From the NCBI RefSeq assembly GCF_963921235.1, contig NC_086108.1:9486001-9550000 (forward strand): a stretch of 64,000 nucleotides of DNA. Reading direction: 5' to 3'. This document shows, piece by piece, positions 1-12,070 of this stretch. The translations under genes and the position numbers were made by a program. Source of the stretch: Mobula hypostoma (taxonomy: Eukaryota). The notes beneath the pieces are model-generated. The model searched no databases, had not been told where the DNA came from, and saw only the letters and a program-made list of their open reading frames with translations. Each line of letters opens with the position of its first letter. Position 1 is the stretch's first letter.

Positions 1-1374
1 CACTGTCGTGCAGTTTTATAAAAAAGTCAGCTGGTATGTTGTTCCAGGTACCTGGGAGAACCTGCCACAGATCTTCTGCAGACTTTGGCTGATCAGGGCT
101 CTGTGGAGGCCATACCACCTGAAACCTTGTTAAGCAAAAATCTAGGGTGCCTAAGACTTTTGCACAGTAATGTATGTCCCTGCAAGTCTTGGCATTCTGG
201 GTTTCACAGAGGAAGCTTGCTCCTCAGGTGTGCAACCACTACAGCAGCACATACACTGTTGCTACAAAATAGATTTCAATCTTTACAAATCTGATGGCTT
301 CGGGAGGGTCATTTGGACAGATGTAAAAGAGAGCTGAGATGTAACCTCTTTACACAGTACTCGGAATGAGCTGCCAGAGGAATGGTTGAGGTGGGTACAA
401 TTCCAAAATTACGATAGGTACATAGACGGACTGAATGTGGGCAACTGACACTAGCAGGCAAGACTGCTGTGGGCAGCGTGGACCAGATGGACCTGTTTGC
501 TTGCTGTGTGACTCCAGGACTCTGCTTCCTACTGATTTGTTAAAACTGGAAGTGGTGGTGAAGCGAAGAGAGAAAGAACTACATTGTGGTAACATTAGTA
601 TATGTTGAATACATTCAGATCCAATCCTTGTAGGTTAATATCTTCAGAATACCCAAGAAATTGTAACAATCTCCCCAAACGCAAGTCATAGATAAAGCTC
701 GTTTATCCTATGGTCACTACAATTTCCCTTTAGGACTTCTACATCTTCATTGAGGTGACGTTACACCACAACAATTTTCCCATAAATACACTACCAGCAT
801 TTATTGCCCAGCCAATATGGTGATGATTAACTGGAGTGTTGAACCTTTGCAGCTTTCAGTGAAGGAGTGGTGCTCCAGCACTTAGTCCCCTAATCAATAT
901 GTCCAAGCAGAAAATCTGAAGGTGAATGTGCAGGTGAAGGATTTCCTCATCTGCACCCTCCTCAGTAGCGGCTGTCAGAGACCCCAGTAAGTAACTGTGG
1001 TGTGTTCTATACATAGCACTACAGGAAGTGAATATTTAGGGTGACAGTGCTTTTTTCCTGCCCTGGATGGTACCAAACACATTATTGTCGAGTAACTATG
1101 AACAGTTTCCGCCAATATTCACATCACTTCACCTTACAGATGGAGGAATGACTGAAGAGTGAAATGAGGAATGACTGGGTGCTCAAGTGAGACACTTGAG
1201 CACCCAGCTTCTGACCTGCTTCTTTATCCAGTGTGTCTATGCTTGATGCAGTCAACTTTCTGTACAATGGTGTAATCTCAAATTCTGATGGGCAGTAACA
1301 ACATACATCCTTTTCCCAAGTGATTTCCACTCAGCCCGTAGAATTCAAGGTGGAATCCATGGTGGAAGACCTAC

Positions 1375-1458
1375 CTCCTAAGGCATGCTCTGTCATACTG
1401 AGGCAAAGGGACTCCAATCTCGTGTTAATCTCCGGTTCCGTCACTGGCACTTGACATT
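1375..1458 (-). CDS. SAMD4B: SAMD4B-like near-terminal coding exon (84 bp)
   Basis: taccag|AA...GGAG|gtagg; [28 protein letters not shown]. The usual last exon (DGxDxTSTI) was not found in 1-1374. Confidence 0.92.
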
Positions 1459-2018
1459 CTGGTAAAATAGCAAAAAAACCTTAGTAAACCAAAACAGTGA
1501 ATACCAAAATCTGTCCTGTCCTTCCGTTTCTGTGGTCAAAGGCTGCTGAGTATTCTGGGATTTATTTCCAGTGATGTTAACAGCTGTTCTTTCTGGGTGA
1601 AACAAATCTGAGTCCCTTAGAAGGTGCAAATACAGTCTGATTATGCACGGAGCGTTTTGCATGTGATTAGCTTTCTGGTGCAGATTTTCATCTGATCTAC
1701 ATCTCCTCAGGTTCCCCAATATCAAACTAAAACCTCTCAACTTTCTACTCTACAATGGAACATCTCACTCCCTCTGTGAATGGTGCTGCAGCAAAAGCCT
1801 TGCACTCAACGTCAGTAAGACAGAAGAACAGACTGTGGACTTTAGTAAGGGTAAGACAAGGGAACACACATCAGTCCTCAGAGAGGGATCAGAAGTGAAG
1901 AGAGTTAGCAATTTCAAGTTCCTGGGTGTCAATATCTCTGAGGATCTAACCTGGGTCCAACATACTGATGCAGCTACAAAGGCAGGAAAACAGCGGCTAT
2001 ATTTCATTAAGAGCTTGA

Positions 2019-2267
2019 CGAGCAACACACATAAAAGTTGCTGGTGAACGCAGCAGGCCAGGCAGCATCTCTAGGAAGAGGTACAGTCGACGTTTCAGGC
2101 CAAGACCCTTCGTCAGGACTAACTCTTCCTTCAGTTAGTCGTGACGAAGGGTCTGGGCCTGAAACGTCGACTGCACCTCTTCCTAGAGATGCTGCCTGGC
2201 CTGCTGCGTTCACCAGCAACTTTGATGTGTGTTGCTTGAATTTCCAGCATCTGCAGAATTCCTGTTG
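2019..2267. mobile_element. Fold-back Penelope-like terminal-repeat insertion with hammerhead motifs
   Basis: Inverted arms 2021-2123 and 2134-2236 with a 10-nt spacer; TSD TAAGAGCTTGA at 2008-2018 and 2268-2278; interrupts a Rex1-like frame (YFIKSL|RRSG). Confidence 0.85.
2085..2120 (-). ncRNA. Minimal type-I hammerhead ribozyme motif, intact core
   Basis: AGTC-CTGACGA-AGG(GTCTTGG)CCT-GAAA-C-GTC-GACT: stem I AGTC/GACT, core CUGANGA, stem II, GAAA, GUC cleavage triplet; no monomeric stem III. Confidence 0.75.
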
Positions 2268-2714
2268 TAAGAGCTTGAGGAGATCTGGTCTGTCACTTGG
2301 AAACTTCTACTGTGGAGAGCATTCAAACTGGTTGCATCACCATCCGGTATGGGGGGGGGCGGCAACCGTACAGGATCAAAATAAGCTGCAGAGTTGTAAA
2401 CATAGTCAGCTCCATCATGGCACTAATCTCTGTAGTATTACGGACATCTTCAAGGACTGATGCCTTAAAAAACCAGCATCCATCATTAAGGACTCCCACC
2501 CCCCCACCCAGCTCACGCCTTGTCTCATAGCTACCAAAAGCAAGGAGGTACAGGAGCCTGAAGACCCACACTCAACGATTCTGGAAGAACTTCTTCCCCT
2601 CTGCCATCTGATTTCTGAATGGTTATTGAACCCATGAACACTACCTCACTAATTATTTTTTTCTATTTTTGCACTAATTTAACTATTTAAAAAAAATACA
2701 CACACACACATACA

Positions 2715-4315
2715 TAGATACAAGAAAAAATTTGTGACCCTTTGCATTTACCCGGTTTTCTACATTAATTACTCATAAAATGTGGTCTGATCTTCATCTA
2801 AGTCACAATAATAGAGAAACAATCTGCCTAACCTAATAACACAAACAATTGTACTTTTCATGTCTTTATTGAACACACTGTTTAATCATTCAGTCCAGGC
2901 TGGGAAAAACCTGAACCCTTGTATTTAAACTGACAGAATCTCCTTCAGCAGCAATAACCTCCAATCGTTTCCAGTAGCTACCAATCAGACTTGAACAATT
3001 GCAAAGAGGAATTTTAAACCATTCCTCTATACAAAACTGTTTTAGTTCATCAATATTTCTGAAATACCTTGCATAAACAGTCCCCTTCATGTCATGCCCC
3101 AGCAGCTCAATTGGGTTAAGGTCTGGACGTTGATTTGGCCAATCTAAAACATGAATTTTCTTCTTTTTAAACCATTCTGTTGAATTACTCTTGTGTTTCG
3201 GATCATTATCTTGTTGCATTATTGGACTTCTATTAAGCTTCAGGTGACAGACTGCTACCCAGACGTTCTCCTGTAAAATGTCTCAATATAATTTTGATTC
3301 ACTGTTCCCTCAACAACTGCAAGTTGTCCAGGCCCTGATGCAGCAAAACAGCTCCAAACCATGATGCTCCTTCCACCATGCTCCACAGTCCGGATGAAGT
3401 TTTGGTGTTGGTGTGCAGTCCCCTTTTCCCTCCAAACATAGCAGTGTGCATTTCTCCCAAAAGGTTTGGATTCTGTCTCATCTATCCACAGAAGATTGTC
3501 CCAGTTATGCTGTGGAACATCCAGATAGTCTTTTGCAAACTTAAGACATGCAGCAATGTGTTTTTTTGGAGAGCAGCAGTTTCCTCTATGGTGTCCTTCC
3601 ATGAACACTTCTCCTGCTCAGTGTTTTTCTTATAGTGGACACATGAACAGAGGCTTCAGCAAGTTCTAGAGATTTCTGCAGGTCCTTTGCTGTTACCCTT
3701 GGGTTCTTTGTCACCTCCTTCAGCATTGCACGTTGTGCTCTTGGTGTGATCTTTGCAGGACACCCACTCCCAGGGAGAGTAGCAACAGTACTGAGATTCC
3801 ACCATTTGTAGACAGTTTCTCTTACTGTGGATTGATGAACACTCTGGTCTGTAGAAATGCTTTTGTAGTTTCCAGTTTCATGCATCTCTACAATTCTTCT
3901 AAGGTCCTCAGAGTTGTTTTGATCGAGGCATGGTGCACATAAACTGATCTATCTTGAGAAAAGCATGCTCTGCCAGTAACCTGACTTTGTGTGTCTTTTT
4001 TTTAAAATATAGGGCAGGGTACCTCTACACTGCACACCTCTAATCTCATCTCATTGATTGGACCCCTGACTCCAAATAGCTTTTGTAGAGGGCGTTACCC
4101 CAGAGGTTCAGATACTTATTTAAACCTAGACTGTGATTGTTTAAATGGTGTTCTCAGTATTGACAAGAAGTAGTACAATTGTTTGTGTTAATAGTTTAGG
4201 AAGATTGTGTTTGCCCATTATTGAGACTTAGATGAAGACCAGACCACAGTTTATGAGTAATTAATATAGAAAATCAGGTAATTGCAAAGGGTCTGTAAAC
4301 TCTTCCTTGCAACTG
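2715..4315 (-). mobile_element. Tc1-family DNA transposon (~1.6 kb, ~200-bp TIRs), decayed
   Basis: Long inverted repeats at ~2715-2920 and ~4105-4315 (right end ...TTGCAACTG|TA); inserted at a TA within a Rex1-like tail. Confidence 0.9.
2890..3931 (-). pseudogene. Tc1 transposase, frameshifted
   Basis: ATG MPRSKQL at 3931; fragments carry WIDET, VEHGGRSIMVWSCF, QQDNDPKH and DLNPIE motifs in different frames. Confidence 0.92.
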
Positions 4316-4528
4316 TATACTTACTGTAAACCACAACTTTTTTCTCTATCATTATGTATTGCATTGTACTGTTGCAGCAAAGACAACAAATTTCATGACA
4401 CATACTGGCGATATTCGGCCTGATTCTAATTCTGATACAGGATCTCCAAGTATTTTAAAACTTTGCCATTTCTTTATTTCTTTCCAGAGAAGAAAGAAGA
4501 GATGATCAGAAGCTGACCAGCTACAAAC

Positions 4529-4655
4529 CTGCCTGCTGGAACATCAGGATGGTTTGCGGAGAGGTGTGCACAGGGAGAGAGTAGGTTCGTTGCACAGAGC
4601 TGCGACTTTGACTCGGCATGCTATTACTGCCACCAGGATTGGCAAACCACAGGTT
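4529..4655 (-). CDS. SAMD4B: SAMD4B-like coding exon (127 bp)
   Basis: taacag|AAC...GCAG|gtttg; [42 protein letters not shown]; phase 0/1. Confidence 0.94.
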
Positions 4656-6201
4656 CTGTTAGGAAAGGGAAGATGTGCTTAGCTCAGCATGGTTGAATTT
4701 CCTCTCAATAGAAGCTTAAATATTATCCGTTGAAAGAACATAATCATACATTCTCGCAGTCACACAAAACAGTGTTATCAATGATAAAACTTGGTTACCT
4801 GAGCTTCTTCGATAGCTATAACCCCAGAACTTGAATTCCTTTTTGAGCGTGGATACACTCAGCTCATTCAAAGCAATGCATTTCCCCTTTCAACCCCATT
4901 TTTCTGCCTTTTCACAGTAACATACAAGACCATGAACTACAGGAGTAGGCCAATTGACCCATCGGGTTCTCCCCGTCACTTCACCACGGCTGCTCCATTT
5001 CCTCCTCAGCCCCAATCTCCTGCTTTCTCCCTCTATCCCTTCATGCCCAGACTAATCAACAATTTAAAACCCTCTAACTTAAATATATCCAATGACTTGG
5101 CAATGAATTCCACAGATTCACCACTGTCAGGCTAAAGAAATTCCTCTTCACCTCCATTCTAAATGGACACATCTCTATTCTGAGGCCCTGTCCCCTGGTT
5201 TGAGACTCCCTCACCGTAAGAAACATCCTCTCCACATCTACTCTATAGAGGCCTTTCAATGAAGTGACCCCCATTCTTCTGAATTCCTGTGAGTATGGGC
5301 CTACAGCCATCAAACGCTCCTCACATGATAAGTCTTTCAATCCTGGAATCATTATGGTGAACCTCCTTTGAACCCTCTCCACATTTGCTAATCAAGAACA
5401 TATCAACCCCTGCTTTAAATATATCCAATGACTTGGCCTCCACAGCCGTCTGTGGCAATGAATTCCACAGATTCACCTCTCTCTGGCTGAAGAAATTCCT
5501 CCTCATCTCCGTTCTAAAGGGCTGTCATTGCACTCAAAATTGAGGGGTTTAGATAGGGTAAACGCAGGTGGACTTTTTCCACTGAGGTTGGGTGAGACTA
5601 AAATTAGAGATGGGTTAAGAGTGAAAGGTGAAAAGCTGAAGGGGAAAGTGAGGGGAAACTTCTTCATTCAGAGGGTGGTGAGAGTGTGGAATGAGCTGCC
5701 AGCGCAAATTGCGTATTCAAGCTCAATTTCAATATTTAATTGAAGTACATGGATTGTAGGGGTGGAGGGCTATTGTCCAGCAGCAGGTAGATTGGAGTAG
5801 GCAGTTTAATGGTTCAGCATAGACTAGATGGACTGAAGGGCCTGTTCTGTGTTGTACTTATCTATCGCTCTATTTTGGAGTTGTGCCCTCTGGTCGTAGA
5901 CTCTCCCACTACTGAAAACATCCTCCCTGTGTCTACTCTATCTAGGCTTTTCAATATTCGGTATTTTTCAATGAGATCCCTCTCTCATTCTTCTAAACTC
6001 CAGCTGGGCTCAGTGGGCTGGAAGGGCCTATTATCATGCAGTACCTCTGAATAAATAAATAAATACAACCTAATTTGAAATTCAGACTATGAGATTAACC
6101 TGGTGAATGGTTCAGCCAAACTGAAAGTATCTGCATCAAAACAGACCTTCCAAATGTATTCACTTTGCACACAAACGCTACTTCATAATAAACACACTAA
6201 C

Positions 6202-6403
6202 CTGCCTGCCTTGGCTTGCCAGTGGGTTAAGTGTGTGTCTTGGAGAAACACCACCCAGATTAGCAGCCGATGTGCCAATCAGACCCATGCGGTTTGTAGA
6301 AAGACCCCTTGGAGGGACCTGGAATGGCCGCTGGCCTCGTCGGTTCAGGCCACCAACCACAGAACCGGCTGTGGGGAGGGAACTGGACTGACCAAAGCCC
6401 CAG
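6202..6403 (-). CDS. SAMD4B: SAMD4B-like coding exon (202 bp)
   Basis: ttttccag|C...CAG|gttag; [32 protein letters not shown]...[18 protein letters not shown]; phase 2/0. Confidence 0.92.
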
Positions 6404-6464
6404 CTGGAAAACAAGAGCACAAAAACATTTCTGTAAACAAGCACAAATCTGACAGTGTAATGAA

Positions 6465-6720
6465 TGACAACACCTTACTGGGCAGTATGAGCGGCATTAA
6501 CTCCACTTGGCGCTTCCAAACCCAGCTGCGGTAACAGGAGGGTTGGGCTTGGCGCTAGCAACCCCATCCCTTAAAAACCCAGCGCTGCAGAAATGCCAAC
6601 AGAAGACTTATGAAGTTGTGTGGTGAAAGCAGAAGCCACAGGATCGATTAACCTCTGGCCCAGGACAGAGGACTCTGGTGAGCTGCTGTTGGTGAAGGGT
6701 TTAAGATGATGATGAGTGGC
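6465..6720 (+). mobile_element. RTE-type bipartite non-autonomous fragment
   Basis: GGGTTGGGC..GCTAGCAACCCCATCCC..AAAAACCC joined to CTGGCCCAGGACAGAGGACTCTGG and an (ATG)n tail. Confidence 0.45.
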
Positions 6721-7277
6721 ATTGTTAAAGCCACATTTTATCAAAAGATCCTTAACTCCATGTTGTTTTTTTTTAAATGGTTTTACTTTTCCCGTCATTC
6801 ACTCTTACTGGGGCAACAGGTATCCCAAATTTCAGAACTGAATCCTCTCCTGTAAAGCTCCCCCACATGTACAGTATGTTCTACCACAGCAGGGTTAGTG
6901 AGCCATTTCCCGTTAGAGGAGCACAGACGATATGGATGGCCAACTTGAATGTAAACAGGATTTTAAATATCGCTTAATCCCACATTTTCACCTGTTTCAA
7001 GGGTTTGAGGAAATCTAGAGCCAGAATGTCTATCCTGTTTCTAAAGAGACTGAGTGGCTCAACAGACAGCCCAGAATGGGCCGAACAGCAGGATGTCCCA
7101 GCACAAACCTAGGCCAGCAGTCCAACGTGGGCAGATTAGGTAATGCACCAATTCAGAGAGGTCTGATAAAGTTGTGTTGTTTCTTCTGGAGTGTCAGAGG
7201 CTGAGGGACAAATTGACAAAGGTCTATAAAATTATGAGAAAAGACAGATAGGGTGGAAATGTCAAATAACCAGAGGG

Positions 7278-7708
7278 ACACACACAAAACGGTGGAGGAA
7301 CTCAGCAGGCCAGGCAGCACCTATGTTAAAAAGTACAGTCTACGTTTCAGGCTGAAATCCTTTGGCAAGACTGGAGGAAAAAAGGCTGAGAAATAGATTT
7401 AAAAGGTGGGGGGAGAGGAGTGGGAACCACCAGGTGATAGGTGAAACTTGGAGGGGGAGGGATGAAGTAAAAAGCTGGGAAGTTGATTAGTGAAAGAGAC
7501 AGAGGCCATGGAAGAAAGAAAAAGTGGGAAGAGCACCAGAGGGAGGTGATGGGCAGGCAAGGAGATGAGGTGAGAAAGGGAAAGGGGGATGGGAAATTGG
7601 GGGGGGGGGCGTGACTTGGGGGTATTACCAGAAGTTTGAGAAATCAATATTCATGTCATCAGGCTGGAGGCTACCCAAACGGAATCCAAGGTTTTGTTCC
7701 TCCAACTG
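7278..7708 (-). mobile_element. Penelope-like 3' fragment inserted in a CR1
   Basis: Minus strand LEEQNLGFRLGSLQPDDMNIDFSNFW*; degraded hammerhead at ~7337-7372; TSD AACCAGAGGG at 7268-7277 and 7709-7718. Confidence 0.82.
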
Positions 7709-9087
7709 AACCAGAGGGTATAGGTTTGCACAAGGAAGCACTGTACGAGGCATTTAGATAGTAAGGAGCTTGTATGCATAGGTTTCCTCCGGGTGCTCTG
7801 GTTTCCTCCCACGGTCCAAAGACGTACCAGTTGGTAGGTTAATTGGTCATTGTAAATTGTCCCATGATTCGGCTAGGATTGAATCAGGGGATTGCTGGGG
7901 TGGCGCAGTTGAAAGCGCTAGAAGGGCTTATTTCATACTGCATATCTATAAGTAAAATTTAAAATGTGAACCTGCAGGAAATGGAGGGATATAGACCACA
8001 TGCAGACAGATGGGATTGACATAAATCTAGCATCATGATCATACAGACATTGTGGCCTGATGGGCCTGTTCTTGTGTTATACTGTCCGATCTTCTATTCT
8101 GTTAACACAGTGGAGGCTCATGAGAATGATACCGGGAATGAAAGGGTTAATGTACAAGGTGCACTGGATGGCTCTGGAGTTTAGAAGAATAGGGGGATCT
8201 TAATAAAACCAACTGAATATTGAAAGGCCTGAAATAGTGGAGGCGGAAAGGCTGTTTTCTACAGGTTGTGGAGTCTTGAGTGATGTCATTTTATTACTGA
8301 GATGAGGAGGAATTTCTTTCGCAGATGATGGTGAATCTGTGGAATTCATTGCCATAGACGGCTGTGGAAGCCAAATCATTGGGTATATTTAAAGCGGAAG
8401 TTGATAGGATCCTGACTAGTAAGGGTGTCAAAGGTTACAGCGAGATGGTAGGAGAATGGGGTAGGGAGGAATAATAAATCAGCCGTGATGGAACGGCAGA
8501 GCACACGATGGGCCAAATGACCCAATTTTGTTCCTTGGTCTTAATACAAAAGTTTGTTAGACGGAGCTTACTGTGTGTGAATTGTTCGTAGTAACACAAG
8601 AGTATAAATGGCCATGTGCCATTTGTATGATGTCGTTTGTGATACTGAGCAAAGGAAATGATTGCAGCACTTCCTTTCATAATGCACTCGACTTTCAGCA
8701 GAGATGGCACCTCAGGAATTAGAAATGATTAATTCATTGAAATGTAACGGAACCAAAAGGCATTAAAGTCACTTTTGCACTCTTTGTTTTAAGAAACTGG
8801 CCAAACCTGCATTAGTCTGGGATAGAATGAATCATCCTCAAGTTGGGTTCCTTAAAAAAGGCAGGCAGAGAACCCAAACCATTTCATATGGGGAGTAAAT
8901 TCACAGGAGATGTGAGGGACAAGTTTTTAAAAAAATATACAGAGTGGTGGGTGCCTGGAATGGTGGTACAGGCAGATACATTGGGACTTTTATGAGACAT
9001 TTAGATAGGCACATGAATGTGAGGAAGATGGAGGGATATGAACATGGCGTAGGCAGAAGGGATTAGTTTCGCTGGCCGCTTGATTAC

Positions 9088-9900
9088 TAATGATGCCGCA
9101 GCAAAAACCTTGCACTCACCTTCAGATTGCACAAACATCTGATTGTGCACTTCAGAAAGGGTAAAACAAGGGAACACACACTATTCCTCATACAGGGATC
9201 AGAAATGGACAGAGTAAGCAATTTCAAGTTTCTGGGAGTCAATATCTCTGAGGTTTTAATCTGGACCCAACATATCGATGCAGCTACAAAGAAGGAACAG
9301 CAGCAGTCATATTTCATTAGGAGTTTCAGGAGATTTGGTATGTCACCAAAACACTTCAAAATTTTTACAAATGTACCATGGAGAGCATTCTAACTGGCTG
9401 CATCCCCATCTGGTATGGTGGGGGGAAGCAGAGGGGTTATTACGGAAGATCAAAGTCAGCTGAAGAGAGTTCTCAACTTGGGTCAGCTGCATCATGGGCA
9501 CTAGCCTCCATAGTATCTACGACATCAAGGAGCAGTGCCTCAAAAAAACGGTATCCATCATTAAAGACCCTTCACCCATGACATGCCTTGTTCTCATTGT
9601 TAACATCAGGAAGGAGATACAGAAGTGTGAAGGCACACACTCGATCCTGGAACAGCTTCTTCCCCTGTGCCATCAGATTTTGAAATGGACCTTGAACCCA
9701 TGAACACCTCACTACCTTTTTTATTTCTATTTTTGCACTACTTATTTAACTATTTATATATAAATAAATTATATATGAACACACACACACACACACACAC
9801 ACACTGTAATTCACAGGTTTTTTTTCTCTATTACGTATTGCAATATACTGCTGATACAAAGTCAACAGAATTCTGGTGGTATTAAACCAGACTCTGATTG
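9088..9900 (+). mobile_element. Rex1-like LINE 3' fragment (further copies at ~27570-28085, 37205-37790, 40140-40975, 44930-45780, 54050-54900, 55245-55620, 56970-57775, 63490-64000)
   Basis: VSNFKFLGVNISEVLIW...YFIRSFRRFG; shared HHPGHALFSLLPSGR-type block and AAACCTGATTCTGA-type tail across copies. Confidence 0.75.
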
Positions 9901-11504
9901 GGTTCGGTACAACATAGCGGACTGAATGGCCTGTCCCTGTGCTGCACTGTCCTACATCCTCCTGATAGTCCTCATTCTAATCTCATCGTGCTGTTGTCAT
10001 AACAGGGCTTTGAACTGCCAACGCAACAGGGATTCAATTTCTCTGGTTAGAAAACCTTCTGGACAAATCAAAGCTGGCATAATAGATCTGGTACAAGTGC
10101 TTTAGACCCTCACATTTTAATTATAATATGCTGAATGGCAGTAAACGTTATGTAGCATTTGAAACTCACTTCTTATTAAAAAAACTCACCTGAATGAATA
10201 CATCTTTTGTTCTCAATGTCAATCATTTATCCTATAAATAGTATCAAACTGTGGTGTTCATTAATTTGGAGAATCAGGTAATACATAGTTTGGGCGTGCC
10301 TGTTTCACTGACAGATTCAAACAGATGTGATTGCAAGATTCAAATCCAATTTGCTACAAAACATTCTTTCTGAATATTCTGGAACTTTAAACATTTAGTG
10401 GCAGAGCATTCTATAGGATCCAGATTAGTGCCTAAATAATTGGTTGTATTGCCCACTATATTTCCCCTTTCCATTCATGTTAAATGTGCCAAGTGTAAAG
10501 CAAAAACTAAGACTTCTGATTAGATCAGCATCACGGGAGATTGAAACCCAGACAACTGGCACAGCTGCAGGAGGCCTCTGCACTCAAACGATCTATCACT
10601 CTCCGAGTCAGTGTTTGCTGATTCTCGAGTCGGCAGAACTCCAATAAGCGTCACTGCACACTGTAACATCGAAACAGTGAGCTGTGGGTCTCCCTTCTCG
10701 GTATGGCAGCAGCGACATCTCTCTCTCCCCCTCATTAGTGGGAGAGCCTGTTGAGATGTCGCACTCTTAGGATGGACAGTGGTTTTTGATGGACTCTAGA
10801 GGCTTTGCTGTTGCTGAAGCAAGTAGGGGGAGGAGAAGGGGGGGTGATGTTTTGCTGCTACTTGTGCACGGGAGGGGGCAGGGGGGCTTTGGGATTCTAA
10901 CATTTTTCTGTCACTCATTCTTTAGATTTTTGTTTCTGTTTCATGGATGTCTGTGAAGAGTAAGAATTTCAGGTTGTATACTGTATACATTCTCTGATAT
11001 TAAATTGAACCATCGAACCACTGAAAACCTTCGGATTAGTTCAGCAGGTTAGTCCAGTAACTATGGTGGGGTGGAATGGCAGCACAATGCTTTGCAGGTC
11101 CAGCGACTTGGGTTCAATTCTCAGTGCTCTCTGCAAGGAATCTGTATGTCCTTCCTGTGACCACATAGGTCTGGGTGCTCCAGTTTTCTCCCACATTCCA
11201 AAGATGTATCAGTTACTAGGTTAATTGGTCAAATGGGTGCAATTTGATGGTACAGACTCTTTGGGGGCCAGAAGAGCCTGTTATCATGTTGTATTTCTAT
11301 AAAATAAAAAATAATAATAAGCGTGCCGATACTGTATATTATTCTTAACTTCTACAGTAATATTTGACATTGCACCCTATCAAATACTCTTTGGCATCCA
11401 ACCCCTCCCCAACTCAGTCCTCTTTACCCCCAACTCTCCACCACAGTCACCTCTTTTTTGTTTAAAAGAACCATCCTCAAAGAATGCTAACAAGTTCATC
11501 GAAT

Positions 11505-11745
11505 CAACACACAAGATGCTGGAGAAACTCAGGTCAGGCAGCATCTAAGGAAATGAATCTCAGGAAGTCTATGTTTCAGGATGAGACCTTTCTTCAGGAC
11601 TGGAAAGGAAGGGGGAAAATGCTAGAATAAAAAGGTGGGAGGAAGCAGGGAATGATGAAGGAGGCTAGCTAGAAGGTGATAGGTGAAGCCAGGTGGGTTG
11701 GAAAGTAAAGGGCTGGAGAGGAAGGAATTCTAGAGAGGAGAGCTT
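11505..11745 (-). mobile_element. Penelope-like pLTR fragment (similar copies at ~15420-15555 -, ~15695-16142 +, ~21428-21690 -, ~24537-24636 +)
   Basis: Shared ACACAAAATGCTGGAGGAACTCAGCAGG...GCAGCATC block and variably decayed CTGANGA...GAAAC motif. Confidence 0.72.
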
Positions 11746-11954
11746 ATCAAATGGTTTCCATGTTAACTCTGCTTGACTGTCTTCAGATTTTTGAAAGGTC
11801 TTGCTTTATTTGAATAATAGATTTCAGTATTTTCCCCAATGACAGATGTTAGTCTTGTTGGTTTTGTCTCCTGGCAAAAAAAAACAAGCAGGTGGAAGAC
11901 TCTTCCAGAAATGTCATTAAATACCTGAAGTTACCCTTGGCAGGGAAAGCTCAC

Positions 11955-12070
11955 CTTCTCTGGCGAACACCTGGCATCTCCAGTAAGGCTTTTCTAGGAA
12001 AGGACCTGAACAGCTTAAACATCTGCTGCTTCCACGAGAAGAGTCTTTTCTTCTGTGTTTCCGTAAATGC
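11955..12070 (-). CDS. SAMD4B: SAMD4B-like coding exon (116 bp)
   Basis: ttccag|GCA...AG|gtgag; [38 protein letters not shown]; phase 0/2. Confidence 0.94.

Larger units (their letters stand above)
1765..4435 (+). mobile_element. Rex1/Babar-like LINE 3' fragment hosting the PLE and Tc1 insertions
   Basis: VSNFKFLGVNISEDLTW...QRLYFIKSL RT C-terminal motif; the tail CCTGATTCTAATTCTGA resumes after the Tc1. Confidence 0.75.

Noticed and set aside
2019..2267. Integrated viroid-like agent (hammerheads in both polarities, rod-like fold)
   Set aside because: Both features follow from inversion of one PLE terminus, and the sequence is linked to GIY-YIG remnants elsewhere in the window
2007..2460. 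Near-identical ORFs on both strands (MLVNAAGQAASLGRG...)
   Set aside because: Artefact of the inverted repeat; not protein-coding
6479..6525. Cryptic 47-nt minus-strand exon (ccgcag|CTGG...CCCA|gtaag) upstream of the 6202-6403 exon
   Set aside because: Frameshifting, weak polypyrimidine tract, overlaps an RTE-like remnant; no support without RNA data
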